64,000 bases of DNA from Eledone cirrhosa (GCA_964016885.1 OZ024743.1:347138001-347202000); one strand, 5' to 3'; counted from the stretch's first letter, positions 1 through 13,870 are shown. A program made the numbers and translations. Notes: a model not told the origin generated them from the sequence alone.

Positions 1-1157
1 GGTCATTGAAAATGCACTTGCAAGTAATACTTAACACCTGCTACACTCAAGCGTCAAATAGATAGATTATTAGATTATTAAATATATGCATTCACATATG
101 CTTATGGCTATATAAATTTGTCAATATATGTATTTATATGTATGAATGCATGCATGTATACTTACATGCTTTCTTATATACATATGTGCTGTAAATGTAT
201 ATATATATATATGGAGATGGAGAGATACGTGTGTCATGGCAGTATCGGTTGTTTATCGTGGTCAATTTGTTTTACATCCTTCTGCGTTAAATGGAATTTC
301 GTGGCAGACATTTTTTTTTTATTAGGCGAGATCTCTTGTAATATTTTCCGAGATATTTGCTTTCTGAGTTCAATAATCTCATCAATAGTAAGTCATTTGT
401 GAAGCCCAGATGTTGTGTCAAATCCCAAAACAGTTACTGGCTATGAATGTTCTAAGAACCCAAAGCCAAGTGAGGCGCCAGTTCATATGAGCTATACAAG
501 TCCGGGTGATATAATAGGCTTTTCATTTATGTAACTTACCTCCTTCATCATCATTATCCATTACAATCATCATCATCATCAACAACATCATCATCCTCTT
601 CATCATCATCACGTGGACAATACAGCGTGATAGTCTGTACATTCGTCTTTTAATTCATTTCGAATATGTAATTTAAAATTTGTTGTTGTTTCTCCAGCCT
701 TTCCTGACCACAATTGGTTATTAAGCTAATTTATTATGTTTTCTCCTCATTAAGATTCCAATTTAAATTATTCTTTTCCATCTAAAACTATTATATTAAA
801 GGCAAATTTGCCATGACTCTAGCGTATTGACAGGTCAGAAAAAAATCCCACGTGGAAAGAGTTTATTCTGTTGGATTGGGCCTACAAATTTAGAGTGTCC
901 ATTCTCTCCTTAAATTTAAGTTATTTAATTCTGTTCAGACATTTCTAAGTATAAGCACGTACATTATAGTATACATAGCATTGGTTTAATTTAATTGTTG
1001 CTTGTACAATCATACACATTTAAACACACACAAGTATTCATACATAAATACATACAGAGAAACAAACAAGTAGACACAACCATACACACCTGTGTGTGTA
1101 TTGTGTTCGTGTATATATATATATATATATGTGTGTGTCTGTGTGGGTGTGTGGCGG

Positions 1158-1204
<47 letters not shown>

Positions 1205-2012
1205 ACCATGTTTGTGTGTGAGTGTGTGAATACAGGTAAAAACGAACGAAACCAGCAATATACACACAGCGTAGAAGTTGAAAATAGTTGCAGGAATAAG
1301 TTAAACACCTTAAGCATAATTACGCATTAAATTACTGGAACTTTCTAACTCAAGCGCTTCTAAACAGTTTTCTTCTACTTGATTCAAACAAAAGTTTTAG
1401 TAGAGAGAGATCTACGGCAAAAGATACCTTGCCTTATATACAGATGTCTGACATTCTCACACAGTGACTAAGATTTCTATGATATGATCACCCCTATAAA
1501 GATTCATAGCGAGACTTATGTATGTTTATTAAACATAAGATCTTATATGCTTTCATATACCCTCTATTATGTAAGTACTGCTCGAACGTCCACTATATGC
1601 AAATGAGTATGTGCAGTCAATGTTTTATACGTAAAAGTTATAAATTGTAGTTTATTCTTGTATCAGTAGCGAATGGATAAATACCAAGAAATGCGGATCA
1701 GGCGTTATCGCACGCCTACTGAGAAAGCTTTCATATGATAAAAACTTGAAACATTTAGCTAGTCTTACGGATGTGTATTATACATAAACATAGCCTTTAT
1801 GCCTCTATATACACTTGCATTTTGTATGTATATATTATACATATTTATTCATTGGTAAATGTTTGGTGTTATTTATAATTTAATATTTAATCATTTCCAA
1901 TATTAATAAAGTCACAGTCACAGCAAAACACACCAACACACGCGCACATACACACACACACACACGCACACACGCACACACGCACACACACACACGCACA
2001 CACACACACACA

Positions 2013-2103
<91 letters not shown>

Positions 2104-2141
2104 AAAAGAAGAAATTAAAAGATGGTTAAAGAAGTTCCATA

Positions 2142-2211
2142 TATTTTATTATGCGCATTTCGAAAACAACATGATCCTGGGACAAAAATTGCGTTCTAAT
2201 CAGATAAAATA
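2142..2211 (-). ncRNA. Type I hammerhead ribozyme, core-mutated copy (CUGAUUA)
   Basis: Inverted copy of 5281-5349 with G8 changed to U. Confidence 0.7.
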
Positions 2212-3079
2212 AGGTAACATGATATGAGGCCTAAAAATACTTGTGAACAGGAAAGTGCAAAACCTACATGACAGAAAATATAATAGTAAGAAAAAGAAAG
2301 GATAATAGAAAAAAAGAAAAAGAAGGAGAAAAAGGAAAAAAGAAAGTGAGGAGAGGAAAAGAGAAAAAAGAAAGAAGGAAGAGAGAGAAAGAGAAAGAGA
2401 GAGAGAGAGAGACTTTTGATCAGGAACGCTGTCAAAATGAAAACAGCTGTAGATAATGGTTAAAAAGTAAATTGATGAGGTGTATGTGCAAATATTATAT
2501 TCAAATATTAGAGGTCTAAAATATAGAAACTGGGTATATTATTTTATATTGGGTTTAAATACTAAAACTTGGATTAAGAAGTGTAAAAATATATTAATAA
2601 AATAAAATTAAATTAAATTAAAACAAGTATAAAAAAAGAATTTTATATAAAATAAATTTAAATAAAATAAAAAAAAATAGTCTATCTATGTCAAAATTAA
2701 AAATTTCTATTAAAAATCCATATATGTGGGGTATACTTTTTAATTATTATTCAACAAGTAAATAAAGGAAATTGCTAGAATGATTTATAAACGTAGAAAA
2801 ACATATGACGTCATAGTTTGTTTACAAAATCTACGAAGGTTTGTGCGAAAATTTAAGGCTATCGAAAAAAGGTCAAAGGCTTAAAATATGCTGAGAAAAC
2901 TAAATTAATACATTGTAGAATATAATGTAATATGTGTAAAAAATATATATATAAACAAATATATATAAAAATATATATATATATATGTAAAAAGAATATA
3001 TATGTAAAAAAAATATGTGTAAAACAATTAACCGTTATTCGTGGAAAAAGTTATAGGACATTAGCTATATACTTTGTGA

Positions 3080-5225
3080 AAGGTCATGAAGGATTTATGA
3101 TTACAAAGACCAAATAAATCCGTTCTTCTATTTATTATAGAGTTGAAATTCGAGATAATGGTAAATTGTTCAACTAGACATAAATTACAAACACTAGATA
3201 TGGAAACATTGGAGTATGGAGATGCGTTGTATATTTTACGCCAAGAAATTTCGTAATTAATGTTTTCGTCTTTTAAGCTCTGAGATTGCGTTGCTGGTCC
3301 TTTTAAGTTGATATTTAAATGAAAAAGGATGATTATAGAATCTTGCTTTAAAAGAGGTAGAAGTAGAGCCAATGTAGCTATAGGTATTGGTACTAGTTAC
3401 CACTTTACATTCATATACTAGGTTTTTATCGAGACAGAAATTACTAAGATGACAATTAGTTCTAAGAGGGCAGTTGCATTTACGATTAAGATTATTTACA
3501 GTGTTATTGGCAAGTGGCCCAGGGTTAATTATATTAGGAACTGGAGTGGTGGAATTAACTAAAGGAGGTGCTAAAGTTACTAGATTTACATTACTATTTG
3601 ATGTATTCCTCAAAGTTACGTTTGACGTCATATTTATATTTGTGTTATTTTGCCTAGAGTTTACATTGACGTCGGGCCTTATAGTGTTATTATTATGACT
3701 CTCATGGTTGGATGCATATGTGTTATTCTTTAATATTTTAGAATTATGTGTTGAGAACATTTTAGAAATGTTCGAGGTAGTGGAGTACGAGAATTTAATA
3801 GTATGCTTATTGAATATCTTGCTATATATATGTGAAGGAGGGAAGCTGTTATATAGAGCCCTAAAAAATAATTTATGGATATTATTAATAACGGAAAGAG
3901 AGAAGGGAGCGTTGTACCAAAGGATGTTTTTATATCTAGGTCTCCTCCTTTTGTTAGTGGTATGATTATTACTAGCTACATTACTAGAGTTACTATAGGC
4001 TCTGCCAAGATTAGTTTCCTTAGTATACCTAATTTTGTCTAGATATCCAGTCCTAGATAGCGCATTATTATAATAATTGGCGTTAGCTTCGAAGATATCT
4101 TTGTTAGAGGATAAATTAGAAATTCTTTTTTCGACACTTCTTACTATAGCAGTTTTAACATTATTAGGGTGGTTAGATTTAAAGTTAACGTAATTTAAGT
4201 TCTCATTATCCTTATGATATGGGTAATATAGGCCGGTATATAGATTAAGGCATATATCCAAGAGATTTGCTAATTTATCATTATTCTCGAATTCAATTTT
4301 TAAGTTAAGATGCTTAAATAGATCGAGTATATTTTTCTTAATAATATTAAAGTTTACTTTGTTACAATTAGAGACAGTAAAAAGAGCATCATGACGATAA
4401 ATTCCACCGCGAAGTTGGGGAATTTTCCGATTTAAAGAGTTCAAGATTAAAATTCCAACCCAGTCGTTCAGTTGAGCTGAATCCGAAGAACCCATGGTGA
4501 TGTCGAAATTGTTGGAAGTATCCGCTCGTGTCCAATATTCATTGTTAAATTCCAAGATGGTTTTCCTTGCGGTGAGAATGATGTTAATTTCTTCACTAGT
4601 GATGTCCGTGTATTTTAACGCATATGAGAGAGTCTTGTTTAGGAGTGAAGGAGAGATAGAAGAGTAATAGCTAGCAATGTCTAATTGAATACATTTTAGT
4701 TTGTTTTTATTAATTAGGTCATTGGACCAGTCTATTACATCGGATGAACCCAACCATAAATTTAGTTGAGATTTAAAACCTAACCTGTGGAATAATTCTA
4801 TCCAACATGGATTTACTAACAACCCCTATGTCAGATTTGGAAGGGGAAATTAGTCTTACAGGCAAGTCAGTTCTAAAATTTATTTTATGATCCTTCAGAT
4901 TAATTCTCGGGATTCTTGGGAAGAAGGGTTCTGTTTTTTTCTCAATACCGAATTTGGTTAATATCTCATATGCTTCTCTATTAATAGAATCGAGATTATC
5001 GTGCGTATTTTTACGATAATTTTTTCTTAGTTCATTAAGGATAAGGTTATTATATTTATCCTTACTTGTGCCATATAAATTGTTTGTTTTATCAGAATGG
5101 ACTAAAACGTTTTTAGAAGAATTAAGGAAATTAATTTTATTCTTAAGGTTGATAAGGTGTCCCTGGCCTCGATAAGGGTTTCTTTTGAATTTAAGTCCTA
5201 GTATAATTTTAGTTAATTAATTTTC
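3080..5225 (-). pseudogene. PLE reverse transcriptase + GIY-YIG endonuclease, frameshifted
   Basis: ORF 3257-4822 contains LDIASYYSSI, ITMGSSDSAQ, GIYRHDAL (decayed YRDD), WYNAPFS, CNCPLRTNCHL and LVYECKV...YIGSTSTSFKARFYNH. Upstream frames give SDKTNNLY and LKDHKINF...RLISPSKSDIG. The downstream frame (3061-3372) gives ISWRKIYNASPY...CNLCLVE. Confidence 0.88.
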
Positions 5226-5280
5226 AAAATGTGCTAAGTTTTTATTGACAAGTGTTTTTAGGCCTCATATCATGTTACCT

Positions 5281-5349
5281 TATTTTATCTGATGAGAACA
5301 CAATTGTTGTCCATGATGATGTTGGTTTCGAAATGCGCATAATAAAATA
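5281..5349 (+). ncRNA. Type I hammerhead ribozyme in the PLE-1 pseudo-LTR
   Basis: Stem I tattttat/ataaaata, CTGATGA, stem II gaac...gtttc, GAAA, palindromic stem III tgcgca, AUA cleavage triplet (cut after 5341). Confidence 0.85.
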
Positions 5350-5565
5350 TATGGAACTTCTTTAACCATCTTTTAATTTTTTCTATAATATATACTCCAG
5401 TTCTACCAACTGTTGAGTGCTACTTATCTGATATATGCATAGTTTTATTGTTCTACAATATTACTCACCTTCTACACACACACACACACGCACACACGCA
5501 CAAACACACACACACACACACACACACATACACCCCCACCCCACCCGCCCCACCCCACCTACACG

Positions 5566-5638
<73 letters not shown>

Positions 5639-5849
5639 ATATATATATATACATACATATATATATATGTTACGCGTATAGTACACAACGTAAATAACAT
5701 TTTCGCTATCTGTTGTACTTTCCGTGGATTATAGCAACATAAATATGTATATTAATTCATAATCATATTAATTCATTAATTATTTAAGAACGTCGTGCTA
5801 CACTCCCATTATCCTTTGTACTATTGTCTGTAGTGCGTCATTTTATTGC

Positions 5850-5985
5850 TTCTATCTCTCTCTCTATCTTTCTATCTCTCTATCTCTCTATCTATCTCTC
5901 TATCTTTCTATCTCTCTATCTCTCTAGCTATCTCTCTATCAATCTATCTATCTCTCTATCAATATATATATCTCTCTATATAACA

Positions 5986-6039
<54 letters not shown>

Positions 6040-6069
6040 ATATCTATCTATATATTTATGTATCTACTT
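5850..6069. repeat. (TCTA)n/(TC)n microsatellite at the Tx1 insertion site
   Basis: Direct reading. Confidence 0.9.
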
Positions 6070-8164
6070 GCTGGGCCAATGCGGCAAACGCAAATCCCCG
6101 GGTCTCGATGGTCTTCCTTACGAATTATATCTAGCTATGCCGGACTTGTTCTCCGATCTCCTCGAGGCGGTCTACTGCAACTGGCAACAGAACGGGAGAA
6201 TTCCCTGTACTGTGACCAAGGGCGTAGTCACGCTAGTGAGGAAGGACGAGAACAAGGGGGACGAAATAAGTAACTTCAGGCCTATAACTCTGCTAAATAC
6301 AGAGTTACAGATTTTGGCCAAGGTGCTAGCAAAGAGGTTGGCGCTTGTCGTGGGCAACCTGGTGGGAGATGCGCAGACATGCGCTATCCCGTCCAGGTCC
6401 ATCCATGACAACCTCCACCTCATGCGATACATCATAGAGAGGGTTGGGAACGAACCCGGCTTTGGTGGGGCTCTGATCAACTTGGATCAATCTAAGGCGT
6501 TCGATAGGGTCGACCATGGTTACCTGGATGCGGTGCTAGCGGCGGCAGGCTTCGGACCCGTTTTCAGGGGCTGGATCACTGCTATGCACAGCAGCCGCAT
6601 CTGCTCTAGGGTCAAGGTGAACGGCTACCTCTCGGAGCCGTTCAAAATCGCGCGGTCCATCCGACAAGGGTGCCCTCTCTCCTCCCTTCTGTATGTGTTG
6701 ACTCTCGAGCCACTACTGCGGAAGTTGGAGTTGTTGCAGGGCATCCCTTTGGAACCGGGATTGCGGAAAGCGGTGTCAGCCTACGCCGATGATGTGACAG
6801 TAATGGTGTCGACGGCCTCCGAAATTGAGGCGGTCGGCACCTTACTGGAGGAGTACGAAAAGTTCACAGGGGCTAAGCTGAACCGGGACAAGTCGATCGG
6901 TTTGCAACTCGGCACGTGGAGGGGCAGACCGATGCCCTCTGATGGCGTCGTCGGACGCTGGACGGAGGGCCCGGTGAAGTTGCTCGGGGTCTGGTTCGGA
7001 CCGGACCTCCAGGTGGAGAAAAACTGGGCGGAGGTTACGAACAGGGTGTTTGCACTGACCCAGAAGTGGGCCAGTTGCAAACTATCCCTGAAAGGTCGGG
7101 CGGAGGTGGCGAACACTTATATAGCGTCCGTCATCTACTACCGCCTGACCGTAGTGCCCTGCCCAAGGGAAACCCTCACCAAGATGGAGCGCGCGCTCTT
7201 CCAATTCCTTTGGAAGAGGCGGGCTCCTATGGTGAGGAGATCCATCTGCTGTCAACACCCTTCGAAAGGAGGGCTGGGGATGCCGTGGCTAATGATGCGT
7301 AAACACGCATTAAGGCTACGGCACCTCTACGTATTCCTCACCGGACAACCGGTGTGGGCCTCGTTTGTGAGACGAACCTTTCCCAGACTCGTCTCACTCA
7401 CCGAGCTGCAATCCTGGGTCAAGCAAAGACCGAGAAAACTGGGCGCCTGGCACACTGAGTGTGCCCAGGCGCTCACCGCCCTCTGGCAGGCGGATCCGGT
7501 TATCAGTGGAGACTCCACCGCAACATTCTATAGAGGGCTGGTACGCAGCAGGTGCGACGACGCCCTCGGAGAAGCCCTAGACATGGAGGAGGACGAACTG
7601 GCCAGCCTGTTCGGTAGGACATTCAGCCCGGGACCTATGGACAACTTCCAGAAGTCCCTGGCCTGGCAGTGCTACCGAGGGGCTTTACCCGTTCGAGAAA
7701 GGCTCTACAGACACGGGCGCCCGGGTAGGGACCCCGCCAAAAAGATCTGTCCCAGATGCGTGTGCGACGAGGAAACCGTTGCACACGCATTGGTACACTG
7801 CTCGGGCGTAGCCGATCTGTGGGGCTATGTCGAACAACTGCTGTCAAGGGTGGGACCGATCCGGTTGACCACCGAGTCTATTGTAATGATCAAGCCGCCT
7901 CCCCCCTTCAAAGATGAAGCAGAGGCGGTGTTTCTGTGCGTAATAGCCATGGCGAAAGAGGTTGTATGGTGGACGCGTCTGAAAGGACTGAGGTCAGGCA
8001 CCTTTCTCTCTGGCCAACAACTGGTCCGTTTCTTCCGATATCATTTCGGAAGAAGGATCAGGATGGAGAGAGAGGTGCTGCACCCCAGTCGTTTTTATGA
8101 AAGGTGGGTGAAAGTGGCGAGAATGGCCCGTGTGAATGGGCCTTCTCTTTACATAAGCCTGTAG
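6068..8164 (+). CDS. Tx1/L1-type ORF2, C-terminal part (RT + zinc-binding domain), open but lacking its 5' end
   Basis: KSPGLDGLPYELY, FRPITLLN, LDQSKAFDRVDH, RQGCPLS, AYADD, KLSLKGR, GGLG, CPRC...EETVAHALVHC. Confidence 0.9.
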   Translation: MLGQCGKRKSPGLDGLPYELYLAMPDLFSDLLEAVYCNWQQNGRIPCTVTKGVVTLVRKDENKGDEISNFRPITLLNTELQILAKVLAKRLALVVGNLVGDAQTCAIPSRSIHDNLHLMRYIIERVGNEPGFGGALINLDQSKAFDRVDHGYLDAVLAAAGFGPVFRGWITAMHSSRICSRVKVNGYLSEPFKIARSIRQGCPLSSLLYVLTLEPLLRKLELLQGIPLEPGLRKAVSAYADDVTVMVSTASEIEAVGTLLEEYEKFTGAKLNRDKSIGLQLGTWRGRPMPSDGVVGRWTEGPVKLLGVWFGPDLQVEKNWAEVTNRVFALTQKWASCKLSLKGRAEVANTYIASVIYYRLTVVPCPRETLTKMERALFQFLWKRRAPMVRRSICCQHPSKGGLGMPWLMMRKHALRLRHLYVFLTGQPVWASFVRRTFPRLVSLTELQSWVKQRPRKLGAWHTECAQALTALWQADPVISGDSTATFYRGLVRSRCDDALGEALDMEEDELASLFGRTFSPGPMDNFQKSLAWQCYRGALPVRERLYRHGRPGRDPAKKICPRCVCDEETVAHALVHCSGVADLWGYVEQLLSRVGPIRLTTESIVMIKPPPPFKDEAEAVFLCVIAMAKEVVWWTRLKGLRSGTFLSGQQLVRFFRYHFGRRIRMEREVLHPSRFYERWVKVARMARVNGPSLYISL

Positions 8165-8428
8165 GTGGAAAAGAGGAAGGAACGAGGGACCACCCCCTCT
8201 CTGTGCTCCTGAGGAAAAGGGTTGCACACTTTTTTCGGGGGTGTGTGCGACCCCCCAAGGCGCCTCCTCTCTATTGAGGATTTTGTTAAAAATTTTATTT
8301 TTTGTTATATCTTATTTTATTTTTATATTTTGTTATTGCCTTCTCCTTATTGAGGACGCCTTTTTGTGTAAACTCCCCCCTTTGTACTTGTCCCACTTTT
8401 GATGCCCTAGTGGCAAATAAAAGAAACT
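6070..8428 (+). mobile_element. Tx1-clade non-LTR retrotransposon, 5'-truncated copy A, with 21-bp target-site duplication
   Basis: RT ORF plus a 3' UTR ending gtggcaaataaaagaaact. TSD tatatatttatgtatctactt at 6049-6069 and 8429-8449. Homologous to 54197-58890. Confidence 0.9.
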
Positions 8429-8668
8429 TATATATTTATGTATCTACTTACTTCTCTCTAGCTATCTTTCCTTTCATTCTCTCTTCACCTTTTCTCTATT
8501 AATGGCTCACATTCACACTCTGTAATCCTAGTCTATATATTTCTCATACTTACTCTCTATACATTTCTATTAATATATTACTTCAGCTTTCTCTATCTAT
8601 CTCTTCCTGTTATAATATTTTCGTAATAATTATTTCTTTATTTTAATATACATGGCTGTCTTTATGTA

Positions 8669-8775
<107 letters not shown>

Positions 8776-8949
8776 AGTATGAGAGAAAGTGAGAGAGAGA
8801 GAAAGATAGGTAGATAGATAGATAGAAGGATGGTTGACAGAAACGGCGTGGCGTATATAATTTAAAATTGTGTTGGTGAGGAAGTATATGTATATGCATA
8901 TGTATATACATAGACGTAAACATACACACTCATACACACATACATACAT

Positions 8950-9005
<56 letters not shown>

Positions 9006-9249
9006 AGAGAGATAAAGAGAGAGGGTGAGTTTGAATAGATAGGAAAAGAGACAAAATAGAGTGTTTTGTAATTATGTATGCGTACAATAATAATTTTGTG
9101 TATGAATATTGAATAAATCCTTATTATAAGACCGGAAAACACTCCTTTCTTATAATTTCCATAACTGCTTTCGAATTCTACATATATTCTCACGGGTGCA
9201 GCCATATATATATACAATTATACATATTCATATATGTATAAGTATCTCT

Positions 9250-9359
<110 letters not shown>

Positions 9360-9528
9360 ATGTATGTATGCATGTTTACGTGTGTGTCTGTGGTATGTGT
9401 TCGTGAATGCGTTTGTGTGTGTAAATGTTACTTTTTCACAGCCTCTAGTAGATATTAGTATTACAGCTGGCCTACGTACACGTTTTCTAGACAATATATA
9501 AAGGAATTATGAAGTATAGTGCCGTTAG

Positions 9529-9593
<65 letters not shown>

Positions 9594-9599
9594 ACTAGT

Positions 9600-10060
9600 C
9601 ACTTGCTGGGTCAATGTATTTTCTTTCATTGACATTCCAAAAGCCTGTATCACATCGTTAAACGAGACAGCTGTGATTCCGGCATTGAGACGGCATTGAG
9701 AATTGTGTTCCATATTATAGAGTTCGGATCATAACTTGCCCGCCTAATATGTGATTGTTGGCGTTAAGTGAGAGGCAGATGTATCGTAAAATCATGCATT
9801 CGTTTCTGTATTGGCACCCGTGCTCTACGTTCATAGAGGTTATACATTGCATCGAGCACTGTTGTTACAGTTGATGGTCATTCAAGTTAGTTGCATCATC
9901 AGCTCTATCAACTGTACTAATATTGGAAACTTGCCTTTGGAATGAACATGTTAAATTAATCACACATCCAACATAGCAACAGAGATAGAAGTAGTTAATA
10001 ATGCATTGGTACTGTACGTATCAGTTAGTAGAAGTTCTTCACGTAACCAACGACCCCACG
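9600..10060 (-). pseudogene. Highly decayed RTE-like reverse transcriptase fragment
   Basis: Manual minus-strand translation gives GCVI..., ...RADDATNL and a YLG-like motif in RT order, with many disruptions. Confidence 0.4.
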
Positions 10061-10217
10061 TATGAACTATAATGACAAATACAAGTCTGCCACAGTCTTA
10101 ATAATCACGATACCCACCACTAACCTAAAGATGTATCTATGCGATGGATTTACTATATAATACTAAATTCTCCACATATCATATATACATATACATATGT
10201 GCGTGTGTATATGTATG

Positions 10218-10330
<113 letters not shown>

Positions 10331-10964
10331 ATATATGCATATATATATATATGCATATAAATATACATATGTATATATATATATAAGTGTGTGTATGTGT
10401 GTGTGTGTGTGTGAGTATGTGTATACGTATGTCTGTCTGTATGTATGCATATTCAGGTGTATGTGCACATTAGCACCTATTACATAATCTATGTTAATCG
10501 GATTTTATTAATTCACATTTCCAAGAAATACTGTTTATTTTTCATTTTGTTATTTGTTAATATTTTACACCAATTAATGTGTGGCGGCGGCGGTGGTGGT
10601 GGTGGTGGTGGTGGTGGTGGTGGTGGTGCAGTAGATTGTGAGGGAAGTCTTTACTGCTGTGGAGGTAGCGAAGGTGGTGTTCCATTTAACGGCGGTGTTG
10701 TATTGTGTTTGTGTTAGCGTTGGTAGCGCTCCTACTTGTCTTTATGTTGTCGGAGGTGACCATTATCGTGATGAGGGAGATGTTGTGTTACATTTCCTTA
10801 TGATCCTGGTGGAGGTGTCGTTACTTGTGTTTGCATTGATGTTGCTGGAGTTGTGTAATCATATATCGGAAATTTGAAATATTAGGTGACACTGGTCACA
10901 TACATACATACTTACATTGATTCAGACATGTACACACACGCGCCCACGCAGACACTTATATATG

Positions 10965-11126
<162 letters not shown>

Positions 11127-11161
11127 TTTGTTGTATAAGCAAACATATATATATATATATA

Positions 11162-13221
11162 TAGTTATAATGTGTCATGCTGCCAATAAATACAAATGCA
11201 CATGTTTAATATAAACTCCCAACTTAATAACAAGGTTTATAGTTGTTGATTGTCAAAGCTCTTTCGTTACACATTCTGCGACCTCGTCAGTGACTACTTT
11301 TGTTGTTATTTTGTGTCTCTCCTCTTTTTTGTTCTACACACTCATATGTTGCGAGCCGTGTAATTGGGCTGAGCATGCGTTATATCCAGGTTTATATGTC
11401 TGTGTTTGTGCGTGTATTTATTTATCTATTTATCTATTTTAATATATTTATTTGTTCATTCGTTTATTTACATGTCACTAGTTGGTTCTTGTTCTATCTG
11501 TGTGTGTCTGTCTTGTTTTATTACTTTAGTTCTAGTGTGGCTCTGTATGTCTTTATGTTCTCCCTATTTACTTATTGCGGTGTTGTTGATATTCCATTTA
11601 TTTTTTCATTTAGCTTTGGTTGAAGTTCGTTTATGTTTATCGCTTTTGAAATCTGTCGGGGTATTGCGTTTCTTCTGTGTGTGGATATGATATGTTCTCT
11701 AGTGTAACTCCATGTTCCATTCCGGCATGTTAGGTGGAGTACTGATGCGTTGTTCCTATCTTGGAGTTCTTGCCAGCGTTCATTTATTCTTTCTACTATG
11801 CTACAATCCATCTCACCTATGTATATCGTGTTCCTATTCCTACACTGTCCCTCTGTAGATATTATGCTAAATACGACGTTCCTAATTTTAAAGTTCATTC
11901 GTGGGCTTAATTTGCAGTTTATTCATTTTCTCTCCGTGCAGGGACTGTTATCAAATGGATATGTTCTACTAACGAGGATGTTTATAGGAGTACCTGGTTT
12001 TCTTATTATCTTAATAGTCAATTTTAATTTGTCTAGAACCCTGCTATATCTGGAAGCTAGTTCGCCTGTGCAGGTAGTTCGCCTGTGGACGAACATTACT
12101 CTCTGGTATGTGTTGCTGTCATACCATGAAGTGATCTTATGTGTCTTTTACTTAGTTCTCTCTATGGTATTCCTAAATTTGCTCCTATATATAGAAAAAT
12201 GTTCTATTCACAGCTATTTTCTATAATATTCATCCATTTAGTCGTGACTCTCTCTACATCCTGATCCTGTCTCTCTAATTCTTTAAGGAACGAATATGCA
12301 GGACACATCCTTCGTCACTTTTACTAAGTCCTCAATTAGTATGTTGAGTTTCACGTCTCCGAAATGGCTGAGTTTTGGTTAATCAGGTACTTGGAGGCCA
12401 TGAGTTTGGTATAATGGGAATGGAAGATCTGTGTTTTATTACCATTGGTTTGACACCAAGGATCTGGGACTCCTACTTAGACTTACGAGGGATAAGGAAC
12501 ACTTAGATACACACAGCCATAGCAGCACCTGTCCCACAAGGCCAGAGGGAGGCAGACCGCATACCATGATCACAATAGCCAAGAAGACCCACACAGAAAG
12601 ATGGTGCGGGTGGACCAGAGCCATATGGACCCCCGAAAACCACCACAAAGTAAACAAAATAAATGCACACAGGCTGGGAGCCAGAATAAGACTAACCCTT
12701 AACGAACATTTGTTTGTTTAAGTTCAATGGTAAAATATATGCCCAAGAGGAGGGGCGGGGCGGGCATTGGGGACAGCATTTCTGGTGACGTAGCTAATTT
12801 CTTTAAGGTATCGTGGGAGAGGAGACTTGAGGGACGCTTAGATGAGAATTCTATAACCCTGATTCTGTACTCCCGTTGCGTAGAGGAAATCAATGTCATA
12901 GTTAAAACACCATGGAAAGCATCCAGCAAATAGTTAACTCCATCTACCAGAATATTAAATGATATCGTAGACTACCCAAACAAACATCGCAACAATAGTC
13001 TACCTGTACTAAACACAGAACTCTGGTTTGAAACCATTAGTAATAAAACACAGAGCTTTGACAATCAACAAATTAACAATGCTCCTGTTTGGCAGTTTGA
13101 AGTGAATCCAATAGGTGCGTGTGTTATTATTGGCAGCATGACCCTCCCAAAGTATAACAATATCTGCTTCAACATCCGTTTTCAGATAAGAAACCTTGCG
13201 AAAGAAATACAATAACGAAGT
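11162..13221. mobile_element. Decayed, internally rearranged Penelope-like element PLE-2 (Naiad-like motifs)
   Basis: Plus-strand RT 12452-13054: GGAGIGDSISGDVANF..W, LYSRCVEEINVI, DYPNKH..LPVLNTELW. Minus-strand thumb HYTKLMASKYLI (~12370-12415). Minus-strand GIY-YIG NVVFSI..C..YIGE..ERINE (11572-11898). Inverted arms ~11162-11262 and 13053-13155 share ttattggcagcatgac. Confidence 0.75.
11252..11294 (-). ncRNA. Minimal type I hammerhead ribozyme (PLE-2 pseudo-LTR)
   Basis: Minus strand: gtca CTGACGA g gtcgca-gaatg-tgtaac GAAA gagc TT tgac. Confidence 0.7.
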
Positions 13222-13254
13222 AAATATCTATCTATCTATCTATCTATCTCTCCC

Positions 13255-13289
<35 letters not shown>

Positions 13290-13715
13290 CTGTGTGTGTA
13301 TGTGAGAGAGAGAGGGAGTCTATGTATGTGTCTGTGTGTGTGTGGAGTATGTATGTGTGTGTGTGTGTGTACGTCCGTGAGTATAAATATGTGTGTGTGT
13401 GTCTGTGTGTGTTTCGTTGTATGCATGTGTATTGTGTAGCGGTGGCTGTAGTAGTTATGGCTGTTTCGGTATTGATGCTGATCATGTTGTAATTCTTATT
13501 GATGATTGTTGTTGTTTAAACTCGTGTCAAACTTGTCAATTTTTATAGATAGTAATGTGGGATTTGAGGAAGATTTGGCTGTTATTTTTAGCCAAGTGAG
13601 CAAATATTTAATGATTATTTATGTGGCTCTTTGTTACTGCTTTTTTTGAAAATATTAGGTTGGCTGTGACTGTCTTTGCAACTGCTCTGTTTCCTGTGCA
13701 TTTTGGATGTCTGGA

Positions 13716-13870
13716 TGCGTGTATGGCTCCATGGCAAGAGAAGTTCGCCTCCCAATTATGCGATGCCGGATTCGATCCCAGTGTGATATCTTGAATAAGT
13801 ATAATTTACCAGACCTTTGAGTCAGACTAAGTTATATGAGTGAAATTTGGTTCGATGGAAAGTATATGGT
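13716..13870 (+). mobile_element. Decayed tRNA-derived SINE
   Basis: A-box-like tggctccatgg and B-box-like ggattcgatccc. Resembles the SINE at 33660-34040. Confidence 0.45.

Larger units (their letters stand above)
2104..5470 (-). mobile_element. Penelope-like retroelement PLE-1 (decayed, probably Nematis-type) with outward-facing inverted pseudo-LTRs
   Basis: Minus-strand RT and GIY-YIG remnants. 2104-2275 is the reverse complement of ~5225-5390, and both arms carry a hammerhead motif. The right arm has a ~80 nt extra tail. Flanked by (TA)n/(CA)n. Clade assignment is from remembered motifs only. Confidence 0.85.

Noticed and set aside
6172-7847. Antisense and alternate-frame ORFs in the Tx1 and RTE elements (also 17976-19146 and 54340-57840)
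   Set aside because: Shadow ORFs of GC-richer retroelement coding sequence
10580-10630. Poly-Gly ORF segment
   Set aside because: (GGT)n microsatellite
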